This document shows, one piece after another, positions 1 to 9,399 of a stretch of 59,691 nt of DNA. Position 1 is the first letter of the stretch, and every line of letters begins with the position of its first letter. A program made the translations under genes and the position numbers. Below the pieces are notes generated by a model that worked only from the letters and a program-made list of their open reading frames with translations, was not told the origin of the DNA and did no database searches. Origin of the DNA: a virus (Duplodnaviria > Caudoviricetes); the IMG/VR virus record IMGVR_UViG_3300037882_001356, positions 1 through 59,691 of that record. One strand, 5' to 3'.

Positions 1-2
1 AT

Positions 3-170
3 ACCGGGAAGCTGATCGGCGTGAACGATACCTGTGTGCTGTTGCAGGATGCCGCGATTGTCTACGAGACAGGCGCGTTTACGGATAGCAAGTGGAAGGA
101 CGCGCAAAGCCTGCCGCAGCCGGTGTACGTGATGGTGTCGGCGGTGGAGTCCTTCACGGTGATCCGGTGA
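3..170 (+). CDS. 5'-truncated small Sm/LSm-like beta-barrel protein (not in ORF track)
   Basis: Frame +3 is open from the window edge: TGKLIGVNDTCVLLQDAAIVYETGAFTDSKWKDAQSLPQPVYVMVSAVESFTVIR*. The GxLxxV-x3-VLLxDA pattern resembles the Sm1 motif. Confidence 0.55.
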   Translation, partial: TGKLIGVNDTCVLLQDAAIVYETGAFTDSKWKDAQSLPQPVYVMVSAVESFTVIR

Positions 171-235
171 CGATTCGCAGCCAGAAGGGCCGCTATCGGT
201 CGGGGTCGGGGTCGCGGTCGCGGTCGGGGTCGTAA
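167..235 (+). CDS. 22-aa Ser/Arg/Gly-repeat peptide
   Basis: GTG start overlaps the upstream TGA (GTGA). Translation MTIRSQKGRYRSGSGSRSRSGS*. Confidence 0.45.
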   Translation: MTIRSQKGRYRSGSGSRSRSGS

Positions 236-258
236 TTCAACACAAACAAGGAAAATCA

Positions 259-534
259 ATGCTCATTTGCTCAAACTGTCAGGGGGTGATGAAACCGCTC
301 GCCCACACAAAACCGGGCATCATCGCCGAATGGTGTCCCCGGTGCGGTTGCTACGTGGACTACACCGATGGCGAGTCGGGTTACATCTCACAGACGCCGC
401 GACTCGTTGAGGAAGTTGGTTCCTACTTGGAAAAACTCCGAGAGGATCATGCTAACCGTGAACGGGATCGCTCGCCGACGACGGTACTCGCCAACGCCAT
501 CAAGTGTTTGGCGTCGTTCATTCGCCGGAACTGA
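259..534 (+). CDS. Zn-ribbon hypothetical protein
   Basis: CSNC...CPRC; RBS aacaagga upstream. Confidence 0.65.
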   Translation: MLICSNCQGVMKPLAHTKPGIIAEWCPRCGCYVDYTDGESGYISQTPRLVEEVGSYLEKLREDHANRERDRSPTTVLANAIKCLASFIRRN

Positions 535-914
535 TTCACCGTTGACACACCATGATTTGCACCCTTGAGTTAACCGTCGCCCGTCCTTCCTAACTCATTG
601 CGTGAACTATGCTTATCGAGAATTGGGACGCTTACGCTGTCCTCATAGGTCTGTGCGTGTCCATCTGGTTGACCGCACAAGTGGTTCGCTGTCTGTTGAA
701 CCGCCACGAACACAAGCAACGCATCTCCGTCAAACATGCGGAACGTTGCCGCCGAGGTCGTCCAACATGCTCCTGAACTACCTTCTATTTCAGTCCGTTG
801 TTTGTACTATTGGGCTATCGTTACTATTGATTTTTTCCATGTGCCAAGCCGCTGCACAAGCGGATCGAATGTCGGAACGTACGTACTGGCAACTCAACAC
901 AACAAGGAACTTGC

Positions 915-1286
915 ATGAAAAACCCGAAACAAATCGCCACCGTCCACCGCGTCAATGGGTACATCGACGAAGACGGCGAACCGATGGGCAAAATTGAACT
1001 CATCGGAGACTGCCCCATCTTCATCGCCGACAAGTTCATCCTTGCCGTTGCGGAGTCGATGGAAGATTACGAAGGTCAATTGATTATCGCCTGCGACTAC
1101 GAAGGTACGATTGTCGCACAAACCAAGATTGCCAACACAACAACGGAACAGTTACGATGGAACGACGCTACCGAGTGCTTGTACTCAATGACTCCTATTG
1201 TCCGACGTGGAACCTTACAAAAACGGTTTACGAAGATGCCGCCGAAGCCGCTGTATTCGCTGAAGGGTTACAGGCGATTGAGATAA
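915..1286 (+). CDS. hypothetical protein
   Basis: RBS caacaagga before ATG; the 3' part overlaps the next ORF. Confidence 0.55.
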   Translation: MKNPKQIATVHRVNGYIDEDGEPMGKIELIGDCPIFIADKFILAVAESMEDYEGQLIIACDYEGTIVAQTKIANTTTEQLRWNDATECLYSMTPIVRRGTLQKRFTKMPPKPLYSLKGYRRLR

Positions 1287-1756
1287 CGGCGAAGTGGATG
1301 GAAGAACAATCTGCGATTGAGTTCATCAAGAGCTACGCCCCTGTACCACGGCAACGCCCGACGATTTACGAGATGCGACGACGTAACGTTCAGATGTCGG
1401 AAGAGGAACGCAAGCGACGTAACAACGATATTGTTCACGACATTATGAACACGTCGATGAGTCTCGGAAAGATTGCGGAAAAGTATGGCGTGTCCGATCA
1501 AACGGTATCGAACGTCGCCAAGAGCATACCGGGATACGATGGAAAGAAACGCGGTAGTGCAATCACGAAGCATTACGAAGGAACCGTCCCAAAGGAACAA
1601 CGCGAGGAAATTTATCGTCGGTTCCTTGCGGGCGAAAAGCAACAAGACATCGGCAACGATTACGGGGTTGATAATTGGGTTATCAGCTACATTTGCCGCC
1701 AGATGAGAGCCAAACAAAGGAAAGAACAACATGCCACTGACACAACAACAAATTGA
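1157..1756 (+). CDS. tandem helix-turn-helix DNA-binding protein (start uncertain)
   Basis: Two HTH motifs: SLGKIAEKYGVSDQTVSNV and KQQDIGNDYGVDNWVISYI. Confidence 0.7.
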   Translation: MERRYRVLVLNDSYCPTWNLTKTVYEDAAEAAVFAEGLQAIEITAKWMEEQSAIEFIKSYAPVPRQRPTIYEMRRRNVQMSEEERKRRNNDIVHDIMNTSMSLGKIAEKYGVSDQTVSNVAKSIPGYDGKKRGSAITKHYEGTVPKEQREEIYRRFLAGEKQQDIGNDYGVDNWVISYICRQMRAKQRKEQHATDTTTN

Positions 1757-2495
1757 CCTCGCCAACGCCTTGAAGGAACCGTTCCCCGCCGATGTTCTCG
1801 GATGGAAACCTCAATCGGTAAAAGGTAATCGTGCCCTTGCGGTCTGCTTTATCGATGCCCGAGACGTGATGAACCGTCTCGATGAAGTGTTCGGTGTTGA
1901 CGGTTGGCAAGACGCCTACGCTCAACAGCCAAACGGTTCCGTGATGTGTCAATTGCGGGTCAAGGTCGATGGCCAATGGATCGAGAAATGCGACGTAGGG
2001 AACGAGTCCGATCAACCAGATAGCGGCGACAAGTTCAAGTCGGCGGTATCGGACTCGTTGAAGCGGGCGGCGGTCAAGTTGGGAATTGGTCGTTACTTGT
2101 ACTCATTGCCGTTGCAGTGGCACGACTACGACCCAACGAAAAAGCAATTCGCTAGCCCGCCACGCTTGCCACCTTGGGCCTTGCCGAAAGGGGCGAAGCC
2201 ACAACCCGCACCACAACAACAGCCTGCAACAACACCACCCGTACAGCCAACGCCTCAGACCGCACCGAACGCGGAGACGATGACGGGTCCGAAGCTACTG
2301 GCTACGTTGAGCGACTACGAGAAGAAGCTCGCGGGCGAAGGACTATGCTCGTTGGGCGATGTGATGTCGAAAGTGGCCGAGCGTACCGACGAATGGGTTG
2401 AGTCGCCTGATAAATGGTCGAAGGAACAAGTCGAAGACGTACGACTGTTTGCGAAGGGGATCGTTGAGAAGATCAAAGCGAAAAAGGGGAAGTGA
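1731..2495 (+). CDS. Rad52/Rad22-family (Sak-like) single-strand annealing protein
   Basis: LKEPF..., FIDARDVMNRLDEVFGVDGW and KSAVSDSLKRAAVKLGIGRYLY motifs, followed by a Pro/Gln linker. Confidence 0.9.
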   Translation: MPLTQQQIDLANALKEPFPADVLGWKPQSVKGNRALAVCFIDARDVMNRLDEVFGVDGWQDAYAQQPNGSVMCQLRVKVDGQWIEKCDVGNESDQPDSGDKFKSAVSDSLKRAAVKLGIGRYLYSLPLQWHDYDPTKKQFASPPRLPPWALPKGAKPQPAPQQQPATTPPVQPTPQTAPNAETMTGPKLLATLSDYEKKLAGEGLCSLGDVMSKVAERTDEWVESPDKWSKEQVEDVRLFAKGIVEKIKAKKGK

Positions 2496-2496
2496 T

Positions 2497-2910
2497 ATGA
2501 CGCCATCAGATTTAAGAGTCTGTGCTTTGCAAGTTGAGGAGTCACTGTTAGAAACTGGCGATCCATTTTCCGGCGATGACTGGTCCGCGATGCAGGTTGT
2601 TCGTGCGTATCTCGCCGAGCATCCCGCCGACGATGACGAACCAATCACGGCGAAATGGTTGGAGTCATGCGGATTCCGACTAAGTTGGTCCACCACAAAA
2701 ACAACAAAGTTGGACAATTACAACCAGTCGCTAGGCGATGATGTGACTCAATCATTCATTGAAGTTACGATCAGCAGTGACCGATCAAAAATTGATTTCT
2801 ACGGCATTGACAACCACGAGCTAGGAGTAATGAAGCCGTTAGTAACCCGTGGAGAATTCAAGATGATGGCAAAGATTGTCGGTATAGAATGGAAGGAGTT
2901 AACGAAGTAA
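2497..2910 (+). CDS. hypothetical protein
   Basis: ATG directly after the Rad52-like stop. EHPADDDEPITAKWLE is only weakly like the TIGR02996 motif. Confidence 0.6.
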   Translation: MTPSDLRVCALQVEESLLETGDPFSGDDWSAMQVVRAYLAEHPADDDEPITAKWLESCGFRLSWSTTKTTKLDNYNQSLGDDVTQSFIEVTISSDRSKIDFYGIDNHELGVMKPLVTRGEFKMMAKIVGIEWKELTK

Positions 2911-3026
2911 TGTCGCCACTCGAATTTATCGCCCTGTGCGTCGTGACGCTCGCCCTGTTCGGGTTCGCCTACGTCGCCGTGAGTTTGCCCAAACCGAAGG
3001 ATTAACAACAACCAACAAGGAAGATC

Positions 3027-3605
3027 ATGGAAGGTACAGAAGCAATCACTTGGGAAGTGTACAACGTCGGGATGAGGATGTTCCGCAAGCGGTGGAGTCT
3101 GCTCAAGAGCAAATACCCGATGGTGTACGAACATCTTGATAACCGCGTTCATACGTATTTACTCAACGCTTCCATACGTCACGATCCACGGGGCATGTCC
3201 GTATGGGAATATGCCCGCAACGCTGTGTACTTTGCTCTGTCCAAAGGGATCAACAGCAATCGAGTCAATGGGTTCAGCGACCGCAACACGGTCAAGGGAG
3301 TTCACCAAAAAGACTTCCTTGTTACCGGCGATGATGGTAGACAGTATGACCCAATCGACTATTACGCGGTCGATACCATCAATTGCCCGCAACGATCCAC
3401 GATGGTACGAGACTGCATTGAACGCATCAAGAGCATGCTACCGGAACGATCCTACAAAATCATTCGTATGCACTACATCGACGGCAAGACGCTCGAAGAA
3501 ATTGGCAAAGAGTTGAATTTGACTCGCCAGCGGATTCAGCAGATCGAAGATGCCGCCATGCAACGAGTGCGTGAGAAGTTGCCCCATTTACTTGATGGAG
3601 AATGA
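3027..3605 (+). CDS. sigma-70-like factor (region 4 HTH)
   Basis: LPERSYKIIRMHYIDGKTLEEIGKELNLTRQRIQQIEDAAMQRVR is a typical sigma-70 region 4. Confidence 0.8.
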   Translation: MEGTEAITWEVYNVGMRMFRKRWSLLKSKYPMVYEHLDNRVHTYLLNASIRHDPRGMSVWEYARNAVYFALSKGINSNRVNGFSDRNTVKGVHQKDFLVTGDDGRQYDPIDYYAVDTINCPQRSTMVRDCIERIKSMLPERSYKIIRMHYIDGKTLEEIGKELNLTRQRIQQIEDAAMQRVREKLPHLLDGE

Positions 3606-3691
3606 AGATGCGTCAGACCATTGACCGGGATGAGTACGAAGAACCGGATTGCGATGTTGACCTTGGCGGTGAGTCGGGCGGTGCGTGAGTG

Positions 3692-3736
3692 TCTTACAAA
3701 GAATGTTGTTGACTATTCAGGATGAGCGTGTATGAT
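3692..3736 (+). promoter_or_regulatory. sigma-70-type promoter with conserved upstream box
   Basis: TTGACT(3709)-16 nt-TATGAT(3731). The segment TCTTACAAAGAATGTTGTTGAC is 19/22 identical to 59011-59032. Confidence 0.6.
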
Positions 3737-3756
3737 AGCGGGACCAACAAAGGAAG

Positions 3757-6174
3757 GTGATGACGATGGAATACACGGAGTTTATTGAGTCGAAGACTCA
3801 ACTAGGAGGGATGACGGGATTCAATCCGCATTGGATTCCCGACTTCCTGTTTGACTTTCAGAAGTATTTGGTTGACTGGTCGATCCGTAAAGGGTGTTGT
3901 GCTACGCTTGCTGATTGCGGACTCGGAAAAGGATTACGCCCAGATTGCCCAGTTCTTACTCCTAAAGGGTTCGTTCCTTTAGGTTCATTATCAGTTGGCG
4001 ACAACGTGATTGGGTCTGATGGTAAAGAAACAAAAATTACTGGCGTTTTCCCACGCGGTATTCAACCTCTTTATCAAGTGACATTTTCTGACCAATCTTC
4101 TGTTGTGTGCGACTCTGACCATTTGTGGAATGTTAAATCGCAGAATGACAAATCGCGTGGCAAAGATTGGCGTACTTTAAGCACCGAAGAGTTGTCAAAA
4201 TCAAACTTACGTTATGGACATGACGGCAAGAGTCGAACATGGCACATACCTATGGTTGATCCTGTTCGTTATCCAAAACAACAACTTCCAATTGACCCAT
4301 ATTTTCTTGGTGTCCTCTTGGGAGACGGAAGTATTTGTAATAACTCCGTCTCTTGGTGCAAAAACGACGCAGAAATATCTGAGCGTATTTGTCAAGTAAT
4401 ACCGGATGAATTAGAGCTAGTACGTGTTGACTCTGAAGAACGAGCAACCGTCTGGAAGGTTGTTGGAGTAAAAGGAAAGCCAAATAAAGTAATGGGATAT
4501 TTGCGAGACTTGGGTCTTAGCGAATCTCGGTCTTGGGAAAAATTTGTACCAGAACAATATCTTATTTCAGACGTAGATGACCGCATTGCTTTATTGCAAG
4601 GTCTTATGGACACGGACGGATACGCTGGTGAATCACCAGAATTTACCAGTTCATCAGAAAAACTTGCGTTAGCAGTTCGTTGTATCGTCGAATCTCTTGG
4701 TGGAACAGCTTCGATTTCTATCAAAGAACATCCAACATACACATACAAAGAAGAACTTCGGACAGGAAGGCCATGTTATCGCGTAGTAATGACATTGCCG
4801 CAATTTGTTAATCCTTTTCACCTGAAGAGAAAGGCAGACAAATATAGAACGGCATCACGTGGTCTTGGTCGTTGGATTGATTCAATCGAGCGATGCGGAG
4901 AAGGTGAAACTATTTGTATTAAGGTTGAAGCAGAAAACGGGTTGTTCGTTATTGATCGACATATTGTTACCCACAATACGATTCTGCAATTAGTGTGGGC
5001 AGAGAACATTGTCCGCGAGACGAACAAGCCTGTCCTGATTCTCACTCCTCTCGCCGTTGCTTCACAAACGGCACGGGAGGCGGAAAAGTTTGGCATCGAG
5101 TGCCAAGTATCTCGCGACGGCAAAGCCACGTCGAAGATCGTAGTGACCAACTACGAACGGTTGCACTACTTTAACCCGTCCGATTACGTCGGGGCCGTGT
5201 GCGACGAGTCCAGTGCGATTAAGCACATGGACGCCAAGCGTACTCGTGGTATCACCGAGTTTATGCGATTGCTGCCGTATCGGTTCCTGTGTACTGCAAC
5301 ACCTGCCCCCAACGATTACGTCGAACTTGGTACGTCTGCCGAAGCGTTGGGCGAGATGGGGTTTCAGGACATGGTAACGAAGTTCTTCAAGAAGAACACT
5401 AAAGGCGGACAACATGGGTGGGCACGGTTGAAGTACGAACTCAAGGGACACGCCCACAAAGACTTTTGGCGGTGGGTCTGTTCGTGGGCGAGAGCAGTAC
5501 GCAAGCCATCGGACCTAGGTTTCGAGGATGGAAAATTTGAGTTGCCGGAACTCATCACCCATGAGCATGTGGTCGAAGCTAAAACGAAGCGTCCGGGGTT
5601 CCTGTTCGACATGCCCGCGATTACGCTCGAAGAACAACGGGAAGAACGGCGGCGGTCGATGCCAGAACGCTGCGAACAAGTGGCGGAACTGGTCAAAGAC
5701 AAAGAAATCTCGCTCGTGTGGTGTCACCTGAACAACGAAGGAGACTTACTCGAAAAGATCATCCCAGACGCGGTCCAAGTGTCTGGATCGGATAGCGACG
5801 AGAAGAAAGAGGAATTGTTCCTTGCATTCTCGTTAGGTCAAATCAAACGACTGGTAACGAAGCCAGTTCTTGCAGGATGGGGCTTGAACTTCCAAGTGTG
5901 CAACCATGAAACGTTCTTCCCGTCCCATAGTTTTGAGCAATACTATCAAGGTGTGCGACGGTGCTGGCGATTCGGTCAGACGAAACCTGTCACCGTTGAT
6001 ATTGTTACGTCGGAAGGTGAACGCGGTGTATTGGAAAACTTGCAACGCAAAGCCGATGCCGCCGATGTGCTGTTTAGCAAGCTGGTCGAACTGATGAACG
6101 ACCACTTGAAGATTGCCCGCTCTAATCCATTTACCAAACAGTCGACGCTTCCGTCGTGGCTGGTAAACAACTAA
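3757..6174 (+). CDS. SNF2/SF2-type helicase interrupted by an intein
   Basis: Walker A DCGLGK|T is split by the intein. DESS (motif II), TATP (III), GWGLN (V) and QGVRRCWRFGQ (VI) are present. Confidence 0.9.
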   Translation: MMTMEYTEFIESKTQLGGMTGFNPHWIPDFLFDFQKYLVDWSIRKGCCATLADCGLGKGLRPDCPVLTPKGFVPLGSLSVGDNVIGSDGKETKITGVFPRGIQPLYQVTFSDQSSVVCDSDHLWNVKSQNDKSRGKDWRTLSTEELSKSNLRYGHDGKSRTWHIPMVDPVRYPKQQLPIDPYFLGVLLGDGSICNNSVSWCKNDAEISERICQVIPDELELVRVDSEERATVWKVVGVKGKPNKVMGYLRDLGLSESRSWEKFVPEQYLISDVDDRIALLQGLMDTDGYAGESPEFTSSSEKLALAVRCIVESLGGTASISIKEHPTYTYKEELRTGRPCYRVVMTLPQFVNPFHLKRKADKYRTASRGLGRWIDSIERCGEGETICIKVEAENGLFVIDRHIVTHNTILQLVWAENIVRETNKPVLILTPLAVASQTAREAEKFGIECQVSRDGKATSKIVVTNYERLHYFNPSDYVGAVCDESSAIKHMDAKRTRGITEFMRLLPYRFLCTATPAPNDYVELGTSAEALGEMGFQDMVTKFFKKNTKGGQHGWARLKYELKGHAHKDFWRWVCSWARAVRKPSDLGFEDGKFELPELITHEHVVEAKTKRPGFLFDMPAITLEEQREERRRSMPERCEQVAELVKDKEISLVWCHLNNEGDLLEKIIPDAVQVSGSDSDEKKEELFLAFSLGQIKRLVTKPVLAGWGLNFQVCNHETFFPSHSFEQYYQGVRRCWRFGQTKPVTVDIVTSEGERGVLENLQRKADAADVLFSKLVELMNDHLKIARSNPFTKQSTLPSWLVNN
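3931..4977 (+). mobile_element. 349-aa class-3-type intein with LAGLIDADG homing endonuclease
   Basis: Starts GLRPDCPVLTP and ends HIVTHN/T. Block B DHLW, block F TICIKV; LAGLIDADG motifs YFLGVLLGDG and LLQGLMDTDG. Visibly more AT-rich than the flanks. Confidence 0.9.
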
Positions 6175-6190
6175 CAACAAAGGAAGTTCC

Positions 6191-7189
6191 ATGAATGTGC
6201 TAGATCAGAAAGTTACCGATAGGTACGCCATCTACAATGGTGACTGTATTGAGGTTATCAAGGGAATACCTGATAAAACAGTCCATCTTTCCTTGTACTC
6301 ACCCCCATTTTGCGGGCTTTTCCACTATTCCTCTTCCGAACGGGATATGAGTAATTGCCGTAGCTACGAAGAGTTCTTCGTTCACTACGGGTTCCTTGTC
6401 AGCGAGTTGCACCGCATCACGTTACCAGGACGTTTGACCGGGGTTCATTGCATGGACGTGCCGAGTAACGGAGCGAACTTAGGCGGGAAGTTAATTGACT
6501 TCCCCGGCGATATTATCCGCCTGCACGCCGAACTAGGGTTCGATTACGTGGCTCGTTACTGCGTGTGGAAGGAACCTCTTGCCGTGCGTAATCGGACGAT
6601 GGCGAAAAGCCTTGCTCATCGACAACTGACGGAAGACTCGAGCTTGTGTGACAATGCGTCGGCGGATTACCTGTTGATGTTCCGCAAGCGTGGGGAGAAC
6701 AAAATCCCCATCACGCACACGACGGGGTTAGCAACGTATGCGGGGTCACGTCCCATTCCGCCAGAGTTATTGAAGTACAAGAACTACAAAGGAAACCAGA
6801 TCAAAAATCGTTACTCGCATTGGATTTGGCGACAATATGCGTCCGCGTTTTGGGATGATGTTCGCATCGAGCGTGTGTTGCCGTACCGAGAATCACGCGA
6901 ACCGGAAGACGAGAAGCACATGCACCCGCTGCAATTGGACGTTATTGAGCGTTGTTGCGTGTTGTGGTCCAACCCCGGCGAGACAGTTTTGACTCCGTTT
7001 ATGGGTGTGGGTAGCGAGGTCTATGGTGCGTTGATTAACGGACGCAACGCTATCGGCATCGAGTTGAAGCCGAGTTACTACAAGCAAGCGGTGAAGAACG
7101 TGGAACTAGCGTTTGCCGAACAAGTGGTACAAGAAGACTTGTTCGCTCAAATGGTCGATGCGGAATCCAACCCCGATGAGGCGGAATGA
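6191..7189 (+). CDS. N4/N6 DNA methyltransferase (beta class)
   Basis: Catalytic SPPF precedes SAM-binding VLTPFMGVGSE; also NGDCIE and GIELKPSYY. Confidence 0.9.
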   Translation: MNVLDQKVTDRYAIYNGDCIEVIKGIPDKTVHLSLYSPPFCGLFHYSSSERDMSNCRSYEEFFVHYGFLVSELHRITLPGRLTGVHCMDVPSNGANLGGKLIDFPGDIIRLHAELGFDYVARYCVWKEPLAVRNRTMAKSLAHRQLTEDSSLCDNASADYLLMFRKRGENKIPITHTTGLATYAGSRPIPPELLKYKNYKGNQIKNRYSHWIWRQYASAFWDDVRIERVLPYRESREPEDEKHMHPLQLDVIERCCVLWSNPGETVLTPFMGVGSEVYGALINGRNAIGIELKPSYYKQAVKNVELAFAEQVVQEDLFAQMVDAESNPDEAE

Positions 7190-7692
7190 TGATCGACCCA
7201 CAACAACTGATAGCGTCGATGGCCGAAAAGATCTACGTGATGTCCACCCACCTAACAACCGTTGCGGAGCGTAAGATGAAGCACAACCCACCACTTGACG
7301 CCACCTACGATGATATAATCAAGTGGGCTTTCCGTCGTGCTTATATTCACGAGGATGGCAATTTGAACAAGGTTTCCAAGCGGCTAGGAGTGTCCCTCAA
7401 GACCTTGTATAATTGGCGAAATAAATGGGGCATTTGTGAGTCAATAAAAGATGGCCGCGAGATTATCCATTTCGGAGGCGATAGCGGCGGGTATCGAGAT
7501 ACCGCCCCTGAACGAACCGGCGAAGTTGCTCAAGAAACGGGCCAAGTTGACGGGGGCGTTCGATTGTGCGGACACGTTGGGGCAAGTCCTGAACATGGTG
7601 AAAATCTACGGGTGGGTGAGGGACTTCCGCTTCCATCCGTCCCGCAAGTGGGAACTGGACATTGCATGGCCGGAGTTGATGATCGCGGTTGA
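7186..7692 (+). CDS. Fis/NinH-like HTH protein (boundaries uncertain; 3' end overlaps the nuclease)
   Basis: GNLNKVSKRLGVSLKTLYNW. Confidence 0.55.
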   Translation: MMIDPQQLIASMAEKIYVMSTHLTTVAERKMKHNPPLDATYDDIIKWAFRRAYIHEDGNLNKVSKRLGVSLKTLYNWRNKWGICESIKDGREIIHFGGDSGGYRDTAPERTGEVAQETGQVDGGVRLCGHVGASPEHGENLRVGEGLPLPSVPQVGTGHCMAGVDDRG

Positions 7693-7888
7693 AGTTGATG
7701 GGGGTCAGTTCATCGAAGGAGGTGGACGCCACCAACGCGGCAAGGGATACGAAGCCGATATTGAGAAGTTAAACGAGGCGATGTTGTTGGAGTGGTCCGT
7801 TCTTAGGGTCACTCCCGCACACGTCAAAGATGGTCGAGCGTTACAGTGGATTGAGCGAATGTTGAAACAAAATGAACGAACGTTATGA
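7451..7888 (+). CDS. Vsr/DUF559-like PD-(D/E)XK endonuclease
   Basis: FRFHPSRKWELDIAWP-IAVEVDGG-GRH-D-EKLN-WSVLRVT. Confidence 0.85.
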   Translation: MAARLSISEAIAAGIEIPPLNEPAKLLKKRAKLTGAFDCADTLGQVLNMVKIYGWVRDFRFHPSRKWELDIAWPELMIAVEVDGGQFIEGGGRHQRGKGYEADIEKLNEAMLLEWSVLRVTPAHVKDGRALQWIERMLKQNERTL

Positions 7889-8507
7889 CCTATACGCTGT
7901 GGTTGTAGACAACCCCTTTGACGATGCCCCGCGTCTTATTTTCGCTGATTACTTGGAAGAGCGTGATCAGGAAGAGTTTGCTCACTTCATTCGCACGACG
8001 ATAAAAATTCACTCGAAAAACTTATCCCCAGATGACCGCTATACTCTTGGCGGTCAAGTGATCCTGAATCGTTCGTCTTGGTTCCCTGATGCCCACAACG
8101 CAGGGCAGATTATTTTCAACCATAAAGAGCCGCCTTATATAACTCGAACATGGCCGTTATTCAACGTGCTTCGCGGATTCCCTACCGAGTGCAACCTAAC
8201 CCTGCATCAATTTGTTACTCAAAGAAAAGACATTGTTGCAACAAACCCCATTTGCAAATGGACAATATCTGATCGCCTTCCTCAATGGAGAGAGTCAAAC
8301 AATTGGGATCAAGAATATTCCGATGGCTATGAATTTGAATTTGGCTCAGACAAGGAAATACCAGAACGACCATATCTTCCTTGGAAGTGGCTTGAGTACG
8401 CGGAGAGCTACGGCCTGAATTTAGAGCAACGCTTTGACGATAGTAGACAAGCTAATTTGAAGCTAGAAAAATTTCTTTGGTTGTACGCAAGAGATGGTAC
8501 AAAATAA
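7872..8507 (+). CDS. TIGR02996-domain protein
   Basis: N-terminal VVDNPFDDAPRLIFADYLEERDQEEFAHFIR; later RGF...NPI..W.ISDRLP. Confidence 0.85.
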   Translation: MNERYDLYAVVVDNPFDDAPRLIFADYLEERDQEEFAHFIRTTIKIHSKNLSPDDRYTLGGQVILNRSSWFPDAHNAGQIIFNHKEPPYITRTWPLFNVLRGFPTECNLTLHQFVTQRKDIVATNPICKWTISDRLPQWRESNNWDQEYSDGYEFEFGSDKEIPERPYLPWKWLEYAESYGLNLEQRFDDSRQANLKLEKFLWLYARDGTK

Positions 8508-8539
8508 AACCCCGCTAGCGGAAGGAAGGCTAGCGGGGT
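8502..8539 (-). terminator. rho-independent terminator (minus strand)
   Basis: 11-bp stem ACCCCGCTAGC/GCTAGCGGGGT, followed on the minus strand by a T-run. Confidence 0.7.
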
Positions 8540-8585
8540 CCAACAAGGAAGCAACGGAGGTTGCTACTTAGTTCATCGTCACTTC

Positions 8586-8930
8586 TCAGCGTCTTGCACA
8601 ATTTCCGTTGGGACAGTTTTGATAAATCACTCGCGAACCTACCGGATATGCCGTAGGCGTTGACTGTACGGCATTGCAACGCCCGTTGGAACAGTTTGCT
8701 GGTTGTGACGCGATGATTGGGCTAGTACCGCTTTGCTTCGCTGCGATGTGGGCTTTCAACGCCTCAACCATCCCTGCCGGACATTTGAACGTCCCGCCGT
8801 CCGTGGGGTCCAGAACGTCCACAATCGTATCGGGATTGGTCGCTGGCAACGTTTTTGGGGCATCTTTGGCGACGGGGGTTTGTGCGTTCAGGAATCCAGC
8901 ACTGAGGCACAACACAAACAGGATACGCAT
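8586..8930 (-). CDS. secreted protein with CxNGxC motifs
   Basis: Signal peptide MRILFVLCLSAGFLNAQ; CSNGRC and C-terminal CPNGNCARR. Confidence 0.7.
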   Translation of the reverse strand: MRILFVLCLSAGFLNAQTPVAKDAPKTLPATNPDTIVDVLDPTDGGTFKCPAGMVEALKAHIAAKQSGTSPIIASQPANCSNGRCNAVQSTPTAYPVGSRVIYQNCPNGNCARR

Positions 8931-9399
8931 AACACTACTCCTTTGTCCGGGTGAGAAGTTCACCCGGTCGGAAAAGTGTATCGGTTGTTTGACGGACGAA
9001 CAAGAGCAAAAGTTTTTGAACTATTTTCTACAACGTGGCTTGCATCTGACAACGATAATGGTAGGATATGACGTATCGCCTAACAAATACAAAGAGGAAG
9101 ATGATGGGTAGTAAAAAGTTGAGTCATGTAACATTGCCTCAGGCCCTTGAGTATTTCAGCGGCCATTCAGGGGGAGCGGCTCACAACCATCCTTGTGTGG
9201 GTGCTTCTTCTGCTGGGATAACAGTGTCATGCAAAAAAGTATCAATGACATTCCGCTTAGATCAATTCGATATGGCAATGAGTTTTTACAAGTTCTGTTT
9301 GGCAGAAAGCGGCTACAAAGTGTAAACAGAAAAACCTTCCGGCGACTCGCCCACTATCACCGGAAGGCCAAAGGAAGTCCGCCCGGATGAGGAGCGTAC

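Noticed and set aside
62-259. Minus-strand (Arg-Pro)n ORFs here and at 59476-59685; possible terminal repeat
   Set aside because: They are antisense shadows of the TCGNGG repeats. The two ends share only low-complexity hexamers, not a true terminal repeat.
2497-2910. Additional TIGR02996 copy
   Set aside because: HPADDDEPITAKWLE lacks the RL..AD core and is not N-terminal, so it was not counted.
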